Source: Deltaproteobacteria bacterium
Lineage (GTDB): Bacteria > Myxococcota_A > Polyangia > Polyangiales > Houyiibacteriaceae
Direction of reading: 5' to 3'
Assembly: GCA_034670305.1 (NCBI GenBank)
Contig: JAXMNT010000013.1
Coordinates: forward strand, 87,878-151,877
Length of the DNA stretch: 64,000 nt
Shown: positions 9,719-19,732 of the stretch, piece after piece
Numbering within the stretch: the first letter of the stretch is position 1
How the letters are laid out: the number at the start of each line of letters is the position of its first letter
Notes under the pieces: model-generated
Seen by the model: only the letters and a program-made list of their open reading frames with translations
The model's database searches: none
What the model was told of the DNA's origin: nothing
Program-made: the position numbers and the translations under genes

Positions 9719-10962
9719 CCCTCAAGGTCCTTCACACCGCGGACTGGCACCTGGGACGCGCGTTCCCCTCGTTCGACCGCGCGGACGCGGAGACGCTCTC
9801 GCGCGCGCGTTTCGAAGTCGTGGAGCGGATCTTCGGGCTCGCGAAGCGCCACCAGGTCGACGCGGTGTTGTGTGCGGGCGACCTCTTCGACGAACCGCGG
9901 CCGGACCGCGCCTGGTACCACCGCCTGGCGCAGATCCTGAAGACCCACGGCACGGGCGTGCCGGTCGTCTTGTTGCCGGGCAACCACGATCCGCTGGTGC
10001 CGGGAAGCGTCTGGCATCCGGACCACGAGATGCGCCGGCTGCTCCCACCCTTCGCCCACGTGGTCGATCGCGGCGACTTCGAGCTTGCGCTCGGCGACCA
10101 CGCGGTCGTGCTGGCCCGCCCGTGTACGAGCAAGTCCGGGCAGCGGGACAACGCGCTCGCGCTGCCGGACCGCGCGCCGGGCGACGAGCGCATCCGCATC
10201 GGCATGGCGCACGGATCGAGCTTCGACGAGCGCGGGTGGGAGACCAACTTCCCCATCGCGAAGGACGCCGCCATCCGCCGCGGGCTCGACTACCTCGCGA
10301 TCGGCGACACCCACACGTTCCGGGAGGTGCCCCCCGACGCGGAGGTCCCCACCGTCTATCCAAGCGCGCCGGAGGCGACCAACTTCGGCGAGAAGGGCAC
10401 CGGGTTCGTCGCGTCCGTCTTCTTCAAGCGGCATGGCCGGCGGGCGATCGTCCGCAAGGAGCGGGTGGCGCGTTGGCGGTGGCGGCACGAGCGGATCACG
10501 TCGATCGAAGCGCTGCGCACCCTGGCCTCGGAAGAGCTCGCGCACACGGTGCTGCGGCTCGAGCTGGCGATGACCGCCAATGCGGCCGAGCACGACGAAG
10601 TGGACGCCATCGTGCTGGCGCTCAAGGGCAACGAAGCGGCGCACGGACGCGCTGGGGTGCTGCAACTTCAACTCGCAGAGATGGAGCTGCGCACCGACGA
10701 CATCGAACGCTACTTCGAAGGGCTCCCGGATGTGTTGCGCGCGACGGCGTCCAAGCTGCGCGAGCTCGAACAGGGCGAGTTCCCGACCCGCGCCCGCCGC
10801 GCGCTCTACCACCTGTACCGCCTCACCCGGGGCCTCGGCGACGGTGCGCGCGACGCCGACGCACCTGGACACGACGCGCCCGGACACGACGCGCCCGGAC
10901 ACGACGCGCCCGGACACGACGCGCCCGCCACCGAGTCCAATGGATCGGAGAGCGACGCGTGA
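9715..10962 (+). CDS. Mre11/SbcD-like metallophosphoesterase (DNA repair exonuclease)
   Basis: HTADWHLG, AGDLFD, PGNHD, AHGS, GDTH; GTGA overlaps with both neighbours. Confidence 0.92.
   Translation: MTLKVLHTADWHLGRAFPSFDRADAETLSRARFEVVERIFGLAKRHQVDAVLCAGDLFDEPRPDRAWYHRLAQILKTHGTGVPVVLLPGNHDPLVPGSVWHPDHEMRRLLPPFAHVVDRGDFELALGDHAVVLARPCTSKSGQRDNALALPDRAPGDERIRIGMAHGSSFDERGWETNFPIAKDAAIRRGLDYLAIGDTHTFREVPPDAEVPTVYPSAPEATNFGEKGTGFVASVFFKRHGRRAIVRKERVARWRWRHERITSIEALRTLASEELAHTVLRLELAMTANAAEHDEVDAIVLALKGNEAAHGRAGVLQLQLAEMELRTDDIERYFEGLPDVLRATASKLRELEQGEFPTRARRALYHLYRLTRGLGDGARDADAPGHDAPGHDAPGHDAPGHDAPATESNGSESDA
10861..10926 (+). repeat. 15-bp coding tandem repeat (APGHD, about 4 copies) in the SbcD-like tail
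   Basis: gcgcccggacacgac repeated in frame. Confidence 0.85.
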
Positions 10963-13900
10963 AGCTGATCAAGCTCACCTGCTCCGATTTCGCGCGCATC
11001 GCGTACGCGTCGGTGCCGCTCGGTCCCGGACTGAACGTGCTCTACGGGCCGAACGACCTCGGCAAGTCGACGCTCGCCAAGGCACTCCGGGCGGTGCTTC
11101 TGTTGCCGCACACATCCCGCGCGATCGAAGCATGGACCCCATGGAACCGGGAGGCCTCGCCGTGGGTGGAGCTCACCTTCCGTGGCGACGACGGTCGCGT
11201 GTGGCGCGTGCGCAAGGAGTACGCGCGAAGCGGCGGCACCTCGCTGCTGACCGCGAGCACCGACGGAGAGACCTTCACCGAAGAGGCCAAAGGCCGCCAT
11301 GTGGACGGAGTGCTTCGCGAACTCTTGCGTTGGGGCATTCCGGGACCGGGCGGCAAGGGCAGTCCGCGCGGCATGCCCCAGAGTTTTCTCGCGCAGGCGT
11401 TGCTCGGGGAACAAGGCGACGCGGCGCTCGCGCTCGCAGCCTCACTTACCGGCGACGCGGACGAGAGCGGGCGCGATCGCCTCACAGAAGCCCTCGAAGC
11501 GCTGGCCGTCGACGAGCGGTTTCGGTCGGTGCTCGACGCTGCGGACCAGAAGGTGTCTCTGGCGTACAGTCCGAGTGGCAAGCCGAGCAGCGCGCGGCAA
11601 TCGCCGTTTCGAGTCGCCAAGGACGAGGTGCTCGAAGCGCGGCGGGCGCTCGAAATCGCGACCGAGGCACTCGACCGGACCACCGACGCGACTCGGCAAG
11701 GCAGCCTGCTCGAGGCCGACCTGCTCGCGGCGACCGATGCCCGAGACGAACTTCGACGGAGGCTCTCGGCGGCACGGACGCGCGCGGACGTGGCAGCCGC
11801 CCGGGCGAGGGCGGCGGAGGTGCATGCAGACCGCGCCGCGCAACTCGAACGGGTCCAAGCTGCCCGGGCGCGCGCCGAGACGAGCGCTCTCGAAAAGCAG
11901 GAAGCGGAGTCCGGCGCGACCGAGGCGGCGTTGGCGCTGGAGCGGGCACGCGCCGAAGAGGCGACCCAGCTGGCGCACCTGGCGAGCGCGCGCGACGTGC
12001 TGCGGACCGCGGGCGCGGACGACCCACAGAGCGCGCGCAGCCAAGCGCGTGCGTCGCTGGAACGCGAACTCGGGGCGGCACGCCGGGCCCGCGATGAAGC
12101 GCGAGAAGCCGCCCGATCGCTCGCGACGCTGACCGCGGCGCGCGAGGCGCTGGCGCAACACGAAACCAACGTCGGTGCACTCGGCGCGCGGCACGCTTCC
12201 GAGCAGGCGGAACTCGAGCGGGTGGTGGCCGAGTTGCGCGACTCCAAGATCGCGCTGGCCGACCTCGCCGTGCACGACGCAGAGGCGGCGCTGGCATCGG
12301 TGGCATCAGACGAAGCGGCCATCGCGGAGCTCCGCGCCGATGCGGAACGCCAGGAGACACAAGCCACCGAACTCGAGGCCGAACTCGAGGCACTGCCGAG
12401 CGACGCGGCCCTCGCGGCACTTGCGTCGTTGCACGACGAGCTTCGATTCGCTCGCGAGGTTCTGAACGTGGGTCTGTCGGTGGCGCTGAGGAAACCGGCC
12501 GGCGTGACCTTGGATGCGCAAACCGACGACGCCGCATGCGTGGTGGATCTGAGCACCGAGCAGGTCGAGCTCGAAGCGAACCGCACCGTCTCCATCAAAG
12601 CGTCTCTCGCGACTGGTGAGCCCGTGCTCGAGCTGCGGGTGTTCGCGGGTGCTGCGGATGCACGGGCCCGCGCCGCCGAGCTCGAGGCGCGCTGGCAAGA
12701 CGAACAAGCGGTGCTCGGCGGCGTGGAACTCAGCGCATGTCGGCAATCGCGTGCGTCGCTCGCCGCGTCGATCGAAACGCATCGTCGGGACGCCGCGCAC
12801 GCGCGAGAGCGCGCGACCGAGACCGCCGCGCGACTGGGATCGAAGCGGGATGCGGAGCAGGCGCTTGCCCAGCGACGCGCGGAGCGGGAGGCGCTGGGAT
12901 CCTCCCCGAGTGCGTTCGAAGGCGCCCAAGACCGCGGCGCACTGATCCGCGAACGGGACGCGCTGCAGGAGGACGTGGCCAAGCGCCGCGCGGCGGTGGA
13001 TGCCCTCGCCGAGCGCCTGGCCGAGCTCGCTGCGCGCACCGCGGGGCTGAAGGCCGCCGCCGAAGCGGCTGCGCACGGCGCCACCGCTGGGGCGGAGACG
13101 CTGCCCTCCCGGGAGGCGGAGGTGCGGACGCTCGAGTCGCGCTTGGAGGACGCGCAACAAGAAGGGGACCGGACGCTCCAGCAAGCAGAGCACGCGGTGG
13201 ATGTGGCCCGGACGAAGGCCGCCGAGGCGACCACTGCACGCCAAGGAGCGGAGGCTGCGGTGGAGGCGGCGCGGGATCGGCTGGCGCAGGCCCGCACCGA
13301 AGCGGCCGCCGCGGCGGGCGCACTGGAGAACCTGGACGAGACCGCGGCAGAGGCCGCGATGCAGGAGGCCATCCAGACACTCGATGCTCGAACGCGTGCG
13401 CTCGAAGCCCTGCCCGCAGGCGGGTCGGTCGAGTCCCTCGAAGCCGAACTGAGCGCCGCGGAGATCCGACTTCGGGAAGCCGAAGCCGCCGCACAGAAAC
13501 ACGAGGGTCGGCTCGAAGAGGTTGGAGGCGTCGTGGCGGAGGAACGGCACCGGGTGGCCGAAGCCGCCTACGACGCGGCACTCGAACGACGTCAAGACGT
13601 GGAGACGGAGTTCGGCGCGTGGAAGTTGCTGGCCGACACGTTGCGCGAGGCGGAGCGCGATGTGGGCCACCACCTCGGCGAGAGCCTCTCCGGTCCCGTC
13701 TCGCAAGAGATGCGGCGGCTGCTCGACCGAGTCGACGCGACCACCCAGTACGAAGGGCTGTCCCTCGATGCGGATCTGGGCGGGGTCGGGGTGCGGCTCG
13801 GAGGCGAAGTTCGGTCGTTCACCCAGCTCTCGGTCGGTACCCAGGAGCAGATCGCCGCACTCTTCCGCCTGAGCATCGCCACGCACCTCGGCACGCCGAT

Positions 13901-14117
13901 CGTGCTGGACGACCACCTGACCCACACCGACCCCGTGCGGGTGCGGTGGTTCCGAGATCTGCTGCGGGCCGAAGCCCACCGAACCCAGATCGTGGTGCTC
14001 ACCTGCCACCCGCTCGACTACCTGGACGAGGCGGATCTGCCGGAAGAAGGCCGCCCCTTCCGAGACCGCGCCGCAGGGCTCGTGCGGGCCGTCGACCTCA
14101 CTCAGATCATCGAGTGA
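10959..14117 (+). CDS. SMC/Rad50-like (SbcC/YhaN-type) coiled-coil ABC ATPase
   Basis: Real start is GTG 10959 (VKLIKL); Walker A GPNDLGKST, long Ala/Glu/Arg coiled coils, signature LSVGTQEQ, Walker B IVLDD, H-loop LTCH. Confidence 0.92.
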   Translation: MKLIKLTCSDFARIAYASVPLGPGLNVLYGPNDLGKSTLAKALRAVLLLPHTSRAIEAWTPWNREASPWVELTFRGDDGRVWRVRKEYARSGGTSLLTASTDGETFTEEAKGRHVDGVLRELLRWGIPGPGGKGSPRGMPQSFLAQALLGEQGDAALALAASLTGDADESGRDRLTEALEALAVDERFRSVLDAADQKVSLAYSPSGKPSSARQSPFRVAKDEVLEARRALEIATEALDRTTDATRQGSLLEADLLAATDARDELRRRLSAARTRADVAAARARAAEVHADRAAQLERVQAARARAETSALEKQEAESGATEAALALERARAEEATQLAHLASARDVLRTAGADDPQSARSQARASLERELGAARRARDEAREAARSLATLTAAREALAQHETNVGALGARHASEQAELERVVAELRDSKIALADLAVHDAEAALASVASDEAAIAELRADAERQETQATELEAELEALPSDAALAALASLHDELRFAREVLNVGLSVALRKPAGVTLDAQTDDAACVVDLSTEQVELEANRTVSIKASLATGEPVLELRVFAGAADARARAAELEARWQDEQAVLGGVELSACRQSRASLAASIETHRRDAAHARERATETAARLGSKRDAEQALAQRRAEREALGSSPSAFEGAQDRGALIRERDALQEDVAKRRAAVDALAERLAELAARTAGLKAAAEAAAHGATAGAETLPSREAEVRTLESRLEDAQQEGDRTLQQAEHAVDVARTKAAEATTARQGAEAAVEAARDRLAQARTEAAAAAGALENLDETAAEAAMQEAIQTLDARTRALEALPAGGSVESLEAELSAAEIRLREAEAAAQKHEGRLEEVGGVVAEERHRVAEAAYDAALERRQDVETEFGAWKLLADTLREAERDVGHHLGESLSGPVSQEMRRLLDRVDATTQYEGLSLDADLGGVGVRLGGEVRSFTQLSVGTQEQIAALFRLSIATHLGTPIVLDDHLTHTDPVRVRWFRDLLRAEAHRTQIVVLTCHPLDYLDEADLPEEGRPFRDRAAGLVRAVDLTQIIE

Positions 14118-14180
14118 TCCGGCGCCGCGTCCCCCGATGGGCCACTCGACTCGCGTCGAGTGCGGCCCACGAGTTCGTGA

Positions 14181-16493
14181 TCAGCGCGAGACGGACAGGT
14201 TGTAGACGCCCTGGGTGCAGGTGGTCACGGGCATCACCCGCCGCACCCGAATGAGGACTGTGGACGGCCACGACACGAGGTGGGGACCGGTGTACGCGTT
14301 GATGCCGGAGGATGCGTCGTCGACGAAGGTGTACGAGACGATGTCCGTCGCGGCGCCCGTCGCCACCGGAGCCGTGGTTCCGGTGCAGTTCGTGAAGACA
14401 TCGAAGCGGAAGTTGGGTGCGCTGGGCCCCGTGAGGCTGAGCTGAATGTTTCCGTTGACCGGCCCGCGGGACGTGCTCGGGAAGTTCACCGTGAACCATG
14501 CTTCGGATCCGTCGGCAATCACGCCGGTCGTCGAGGCGGCCCCACCCGCGGCGATCGTGCCGAGCGGACTCGCGGCGGCGCAGACCGGGCTGCCCGCGGT
14601 TCCGGCCGAACACTCACAGCCATCGGAGTAGGTGCCGTTCACGTCGAACTGACCCGCGTTGCACTCGAACGAGCACATGCCGGCAGCGCACATGTAGTTG
14701 GTCGCGCCCGGTGCAGCCGGGCAGAGCGCGGCGCCGGTTCCGTCGTCCGGCGTGCCGTCGCAATCGTCGTCGAGCAGGTTGCAGGACTCGAGCACGGGCG
14801 CACCAGGGGTGCACATGTTCGGGACGCCGCCCGAACATCGCTGCACGGTGCGGCTGCACTCGCCGACGCCGCACGTCACGGTGTCGGCCGCGTCGTCCAG
14901 ATCACGGCACATGCCCGGCATCATGCCGGTGCAGGTGCCGGCCACTGGGGCTTGGCAGGTGTTGTTGCAGTCGATCTGGAGTGGGCCCGTCGGCTGCATG
15001 GGGCACTGGGTCGCCGGCGAGATGCAGGCGCGCGCGCCGTTGCAGGTGGCCACGGTGTCGGTGACGTCCTGGCGCGAGAAGCACGTGTCGGTGCCGCCAG
15101 AGAAGCCGCTGTAGTACCCGCTGCAGGAGTAGCCGAGACATTCGTTGTCGATGTCGGCCGTCGGGGGCACCGGTGCACAGGAGCCTTCGAGGCCGGGCAG
15201 GTCGCACGCCTCGCAGGTGCCGCTGCACATGGAGTTGCAGCACCGGCCGTCGACGCAGAACAGGTCGGACTGACAGTCGGGGGTGCGTCCGCAGATACCG
15301 CCCGGGGGCCGGTCGGGGACGCAGAAGCCACCTTCGCAGTGGGCCGCGTCGATGCACTCGCCGTCGCCGATGCAGCTGGTCGGGCAATCCGGCTCCATCT
15401 GATCGCTCGTGCCATCACAGAAGACCGGGTCGTAGGGCGCGCAGTTCAACGCTTCGACGGAGCTGGTACAGGCCGAGTCGTCCTCGATGCCTTCGATGGT
15501 CTCGCACCGGAACTCTGCGTTGCATTGGGTCTCCCCTCGGGTGCCCTGGCAGGTCTCGGCGTCGTCGCAGAGCGTGGTCGGCATGCCGCCGCCCGGGCAG
15601 TCCGCCGTCTCGAAGCAGCAGGTGCCGCCCGAACAACAGAACCCGTTGTCGCAGTGCCCGGCGCTGCAGTCGGAATCTTCGTCGCACATGCCGCCGTCCG
15701 GCACGTCGGGCTCGCACAGGCCGCCGTCGCAGTGCGCCGGTTCGATGCAGAGCGCGTCGGAGTCCACGCCCTCGTCACTGCAGCTCGCAGCACAGGTGGT
15801 GCCCATCTCGCCGCCCTCGGCGCAGGTGAAGAGCATGCAATCGACGACGTCTCCGTCCGCGCACATCGCATCCGTGCAGGTCGCCCCGCTGACGCCGGTG
15901 TAGGTGCCGTCGCCGTCGTCGTCGCATCGCCCGGACACGCAATCGGTGGGGGGATCATCAACGGAACCGTCGCAGTCCTCGTCGATGCCGTTGCAGATCT
16001 CCATCATCGCTGGGTTGCGGAGAGGATCTTCGTCGTCGCAGTCGGGTCCGAGACATCCGATGCCCTGACCGTGTTCGTCTTCGTCCTCGTCGATGCAGCA
16101 CGGACCACCCGAGGGAATGCAAATGGGGTTGCCGTCCGTGCCAGCCGTCAGGTCGACCACGCAGTTGAAGCCGGTCGGACAGTTCGGGATGTCTGGGTTG
16201 CATGAAACGACGCATGCTTGCTCGCCACTGCTGAGCGTCGCGCAGAAGTTGCTCGCCCCACACTCGACGTGTTCGGTGCAGGTCTCACAGAGTCCGACCG
16301 TTTCGAACCCGGCGTCCGAGCCGGCGTCGGGGTCGGGCGGGGTGTCGGGCGGACCGGCGTCGGGGAGGCCGCTGTCGCCGAGCCCAGCGTCTTCGCCTTC
16401 ACCGGCATCCCCTTCGGGGGGGCTTACGCCGCCAGCGCACCCGGCCAAGAGCAAGATACCCGCGAGTGCGACCCGAACACCATTCATGGACAC
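14181..16493 (-). CDS. Cys-rich myxobacterial surface lipoprotein with MopE-like putative metal-binding repeats
   Basis: Lipobox LAGC; two E.CN..D.DCDG..DD motifs; many CC/CxxC disulfide modules. Confidence 0.85.
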   Translation of the reverse strand: MSMNGVRVALAGILLLAGCAGGVSPPEGDAGEGEDAGLGDSGLPDAGPPDTPPDPDAGSDAGFETVGLCETCTEHVECGASNFCATLSSGEQACVVSCNPDIPNCPTGFNCVVDLTAGTDGNPICIPSGGPCCIDEDEDEHGQGIGCLGPDCDDEDPLRNPAMMEICNGIDEDCDGSVDDPPTDCVSGRCDDDGDGTYTGVSGATCTDAMCADGDVVDCMLFTCAEGGEMGTTCAASCSDEGVDSDALCIEPAHCDGGLCEPDVPDGGMCDEDSDCSAGHCDNGFCCSGGTCCFETADCPGGGMPTTLCDDAETCQGTRGETQCNAEFRCETIEGIEDDSACTSSVEALNCAPYDPVFCDGTSDQMEPDCPTSCIGDGECIDAAHCEGGFCVPDRPPGGICGRTPDCQSDLFCVDGRCCNSMCSGTCEACDLPGLEGSCAPVPPTADIDNECLGYSCSGYYSGFSGGTDTCFSRQDVTDTVATCNGARACISPATQCPMQPTGPLQIDCNNTCQAPVAGTCTGMMPGMCRDLDDAADTVTCGVGECSRTVQRCSGGVPNMCTPGAPVLESCNLLDDDCDGTPDDGTGAALCPAAPGATNYMCAAGMCSFECNAGQFDVNGTYSDGCECSAGTAGSPVCAAASPLGTIAAGGAASTTGVIADGSEAWFTVNFPSTSRGPVNGNIQLSLTGPSAPNFRFDVFTNCTGTTAPVATGAATDIVSYTFVDDASSGINAYTGPHLVSWPSTVLIRVRRVMPVTTCTQGVYNLSVSR

Positions 16494-16638
16494 GAGTGTA
16501 GCTGGGTTTGACCCCTTCGCGGAAGGGGACCCCCTCGATCCTCGTGTTCACCGGGGTGTGGCGAGGCTGGCCACGCACGAGACCCCGTGGAATCCCACCG
16601 GAAAGCGACGCTTGCCCACCCCCGAAAAACTGCCCGGG

Positions 16639-18093
16639 CTATCGAAGCACGTGGGTCAACGGCATGGGGGACTCGTCGAGTCGCGGAGGATCGAGCGGCT
16701 CGATGCGGCTTCGGCGATCGAGCGGCAGCAGGATCAACTCCCAACCCCGCACCGAGCTGGCGACGACGAGCAAGTGGGGAAGATCGGCACCGAGCTCCAG
16801 CAGCGCGATGTCGGAGATGCGGAGCGTGCCCGGCACATCCACGAGCGGAACCCGTTCGAACGTCCACCGGCCCCGCTGTGCCAAGAGCAGGACGGTGTCC
16901 CGCGTCGCCAACACGAGGTCGGCCAGACCATCGGGCGCGGTCGCATCGCCATGGGGCACGTCGGCCGCGATCACCGAGACGATGGCCGTCGGCGCCTCGA
17001 TCGGCACCACCGCGCCCATGTCGTTGGACGTCAGCAGATTCAAGGTGTCTCCGTAGACGAAGACCTCGTTGGCCCCGTCGCCCGTGAGATCCCCGGCGCC
17101 CACGCCCCGGCTTCCCGCCACTGCGATCGTGCCGAGCGCCGTTCCGTCTGCGGCCACGCGCCGCACCGACGCGCCATCGACCACGATCCACTCCTGCTCT
17201 CCGTCGCCGTCCAGGTCGGCCCGCACCACGCCTGCGCCGTCGTTGCCGACCCGCACCCGCGCGCGGCGCGAGGGCGAAGCACCGCCGGCAAAAAGCCAGA
17301 CCTCGCTCGGCCGGCGCCCGAACCCGTCGGCCCAGTGGACGGCGGCGAAGGCCCCCTCCACGACGCTCAATCCCGTCGCTGCGATGCTCGCCAAGCTGTT
17401 CGGTGCCCCGAACCCACCGCCCGCCACGCCGGGAAGGAGATGGAGCGTGCCCCCCTCGGGCCCGCCTTCGGCGCCGATCTTCGCGGCGCCAAACACCAAG
17501 TCGGCGACGCCATCGCCGGTGACGTCTGCAAACGCCGGCGGCGCGGGCCGGGCCGCGACACGATCGGTGGGGCGGGCGGAGACCAGTCGAACCGGCTTCA
17601 CATCCACCCCGAGCCCGACGATGGACACGTTCCGTCCGTGGGCCACCGCGATCTCGGGACGCAGGTCACCCGTCAACTGCCCCGTCGTCAACCGCGCGCT
17701 CTCCCCAGGCGGCACCCCGCCCGGCACCGACTCCAACAAGACATGCCACATCGCCGCCGCCCGATCCGCGGGCCCTGGATCGGTCTCGGCTTCGGCTTCG
17801 GCTTCGGTTTCGGCTTCGGCTTCGGATTCGGATTCGGATTCGGCGTCGGCTTCGGCTTCGGCTTCGGATTCGGCTTCGGCTTCGGATTCGGATTCGGATT
17901 CGGCTTCGGCTTCGGCTTCGGTGTGGGCTTCGGCTTCGGCTTCGGCTTCGGTGCCGGCTTCGCCGTCGACCACGTCCTCGCCCATCGGCAGCACGCCGGC
18001 CGCCAGGCCCACCCCAACCAGCACGCCCCAAATCGCGATCAGGATGCCGAGGCCACGCAACCCGGCCACTGCCTTCGCCTTCGCGTTCGTCAT
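16639..18093 (-). CDS. Membrane-anchored FG-GAP/VCBS repeat beta-propeller protein with acidic linker
   Basis: Start ATG 18093 overlaps the upstream stop; N-terminal [29 protein letters not shown] repeats. Confidence 0.8.
   Translation of the reverse strand: MTNAKAKAVAGLRGLGILIAIWGVLVGVGLAAGVLPMGEDVVDGEAGTEAEAEAEAHTEAEAEAESESESEAEAESEAEAEADAESESESEAEAETEAEAEAETDPGPADRAAAMWHVLLESVPGGVPPGESARLTTGQLTGDLRPEIAVAHGRNVSIVGLGVDVKPVRLVSARPTDRVAARPAPPAFADVTGDGVADLVFGAAKIGAEGGPEGGTLHLLPGVAGGGFGAPNSLASIAATGLSVVEGAFAAVHWADGFGRRPSEVWLFAGGASPSRRARVRVGNDGAGVVRADLDGDGEQEWIVVDGASVRRVAADGTALGTIAVAGSRGVGAGDLTGDGANEVFVYGDTLNLLTSNDMGAVVPIEAPTAIVSVIAADVPHGDATAPDGLADLVLATRDTVLLLAQRGRWTFERVPLVDVPGTLRISDIALLELGADLPHLLVVASSVRGWELILLPLDRRSRIEPLDPPRLDESPMPLTHVLR
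17786..17962. repeat. Hexamer tract (TCGGCT/TCGGAT) encoding the EAEA/ESES linker
   Basis: Directly visible; in frame in the FG-GAP gene. Confidence 0.9.
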
Positions 18094-18986
18094 CGCTTGC
18101 GCTTCTTCCGCTTCTTCTTCTTGCGCGTGCCCGCGACGCCCGCCCGGGGTGGCTCGGCCTGACAGGGATCGACACCAAAGAACTTCACCATGCGCTCGTA
18201 CAGTTCTGGATGGCGGTCCGCCAGCTTTCTCGGACGTTCGAAGAAGACTTCCACCGAGACCGCGAAGAGCTCCGCCCGGTTCGTGCCTGCATAGTCGCGC
18301 AGCACCGAACGTCCTTTGCGGACCCGAAGCAGCTCTTCTTTGACCGTCTCGTCCCACCCGGATTGGTCGGAGACGTCGGGGACGCCATCGGCGTATCCGT
18401 CCATCAAGTCGAGCACATGCGCCCACTCGTGGATGGAGACGTTGTGCCCATCGGTGTCCGACTTCCATCCCCGGCGCAGCGACTTCGAGCTGAAGATGAT
18501 CGGGCCTTGACGGTGCACCATGCCAAGGATGTTGCCCTTGCCATGGCCGCCGTAGTCGTCGTCGAACGAGTCGGGGTAGATCAGGATCGATCGCCGCGCG
18601 GGCAGCTCCGCATCGTCGAGGTGATGGACCAGCACCGCAGCACCTGCGACCGCCAGCACTCGAATCTCGTCGTCGAGCGTGCCGCCGACCGCTTCAAAGT
18701 CGTACTCCGCGAGCAACAGCTGCACCCGGTGGGCGAACTTCGCCTGTCCGGCGTCGTCGAGCAGCCGGTAGAAGCGGATGCGCTCGAGTGCCTCCCGCGC
18801 TTCGGAGGAGAGCGGTGTTCGGCGACCCACCCACCTGCGGTACGGGCGCCTCGAGACGGCGACGGCGTAGATCAGCGCGACGCCGATGCCGACGAACACC
18901 GCGCCCATCGAACCGCGCTCGATCCCCAACCAGGCGAGGCCGAGGGCGAGCGCCACCGCCACGCTGAGATGCACCGCCAGCCGCAT
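18090..18986 (-). CDS. MtfA-like (peptidase M90) zinc metallopeptidase with 2 N-terminal TM helices
   Basis: DGHNVSIHEWAHVLD..DG.ADGVP, YAGTNRAELFAVSVEVFFERP, HPELY. Confidence 0.88.
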   Translation of the reverse strand: MRLAVHLSVAVALALGLAWLGIERGSMGAVFVGIGVALIYAVAVSRRPYRRWVGRRTPLSSEAREALERIRFYRLLDDAGQAKFAHRVQLLLAEYDFEAVGGTLDDEIRVLAVAGAAVLVHHLDDAELPARRSILIYPDSFDDDYGGHGKGNILGMVHRQGPIIFSSKSLRRGWKSDTDGHNVSIHEWAHVLDLMDGYADGVPDVSDQSGWDETVKEELLRVRKGRSVLRDYAGTNRAELFAVSVEVFFERPRKLADRHPELYERMVKFFGVDPCQAEPPRAGVAGTRKKKKRKKRKR

Positions 18987-19011
18987 GGTTCAGAGCCCGT
19001 GAGGGCCTGAG

Positions 19012-19566
19012 CTACCCCGCCGACGGATGGCAGTGGTTGCAGGTGTAGTTCTCGATGCCGAGCAACGTGCCCATGGTCGGGGTCACCCGGTCGCGCATGA
19101 AAGTCACCATGTCCGGGAAGATGCGCTCCATGTTCTCCCACGCTGGGGTGCCTGGCTGCGGAACACGGTACTGGTTCGCGGCGGGCATGGCGTACTCGAC
19201 GTCTGCGCCGTCGGCGCCGTGACAGGTCTGGCATCCGTAGGACGCTGGCGACCAGCGTTCGGCGTCGTGCTCGCCGAAGACCTCTTTCATGATCGGCAGC
19301 ACCTTGCCGACCATGTACCACTCGCGATCTTCGTGGCTCATCTCCGCCCACGGAGTGTCCGGACCGGAGATGCCGATGCTCTCGATCGCGCCGTGGTGGG
19401 ACTCGACCACCGGGGCTTCGTCGTCGCCCCAGTCGTCGTCGAATCCGAGCTCGTCTTCGCTCCCGCCTGCCGTTCCGTCACCCGTGCCGCCGGTGGTCTG
19501 GGTGTCGTTGCCGTCGCCTCCACACGAGAAGACGAGGAGAAAGGAGAGAAAGGCCGCGGTTCGCAT
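19012..19566 (-). CDS. Di-heme c-type cytochrome lipoprotein
   Basis: Lipobox VFSC; CQTCH and CNHCH heme-binding motifs. Confidence 0.8.
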   Translation of the reverse strand: MRTAAFLSFLLVFSCGGDGNDTQTTGGTGDGTAGGSEDELGFDDDWGDDEAPVVESHHGAIESIGISGPDTPWAEMSHEDREWYMVGKVLPIMKEVFGEHDAERWSPASYGCQTCHGADGADVEYAMPAANQYRVPQPGTPAWENMERIFPDMVTFMRDRVTPTMGTLLGIENYTCNHCHPSAG

Positions 19567-19732
19567 GCCCGGAAGCATACACGCGTCCGATTCCTCAGCG
19601 GAACGATGTTGGAGGTCGATGGACCTGGAGCTTGTGGTGGCCTCGCCGTCGCGAAACACACGGCGTCCACGACGCGGGCAAGGGCACGGGCAAGGGCAAC
19701 GGCAAGGGAGCAGGTCGCTTTTCAGCGACCTG

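Noticed and set aside
9870-10958. N-terminal extension of the SMC ORF (1415 aa), suggesting a fusion or frameshift
   Set aside because: Out-of-frame overlap with the nuclease gene; a GTGA-coupled start at 10959 gives a normal ATPase N-terminus
6704-14117. Assignment to DISARM, Zorya, Wadjet, Lamassu or type III restriction-modification
   Set aside because: The required partners (methylase, DrmAB, ZorAB, JetABD, LmuA/C, Mod/Res) are absent from the locus
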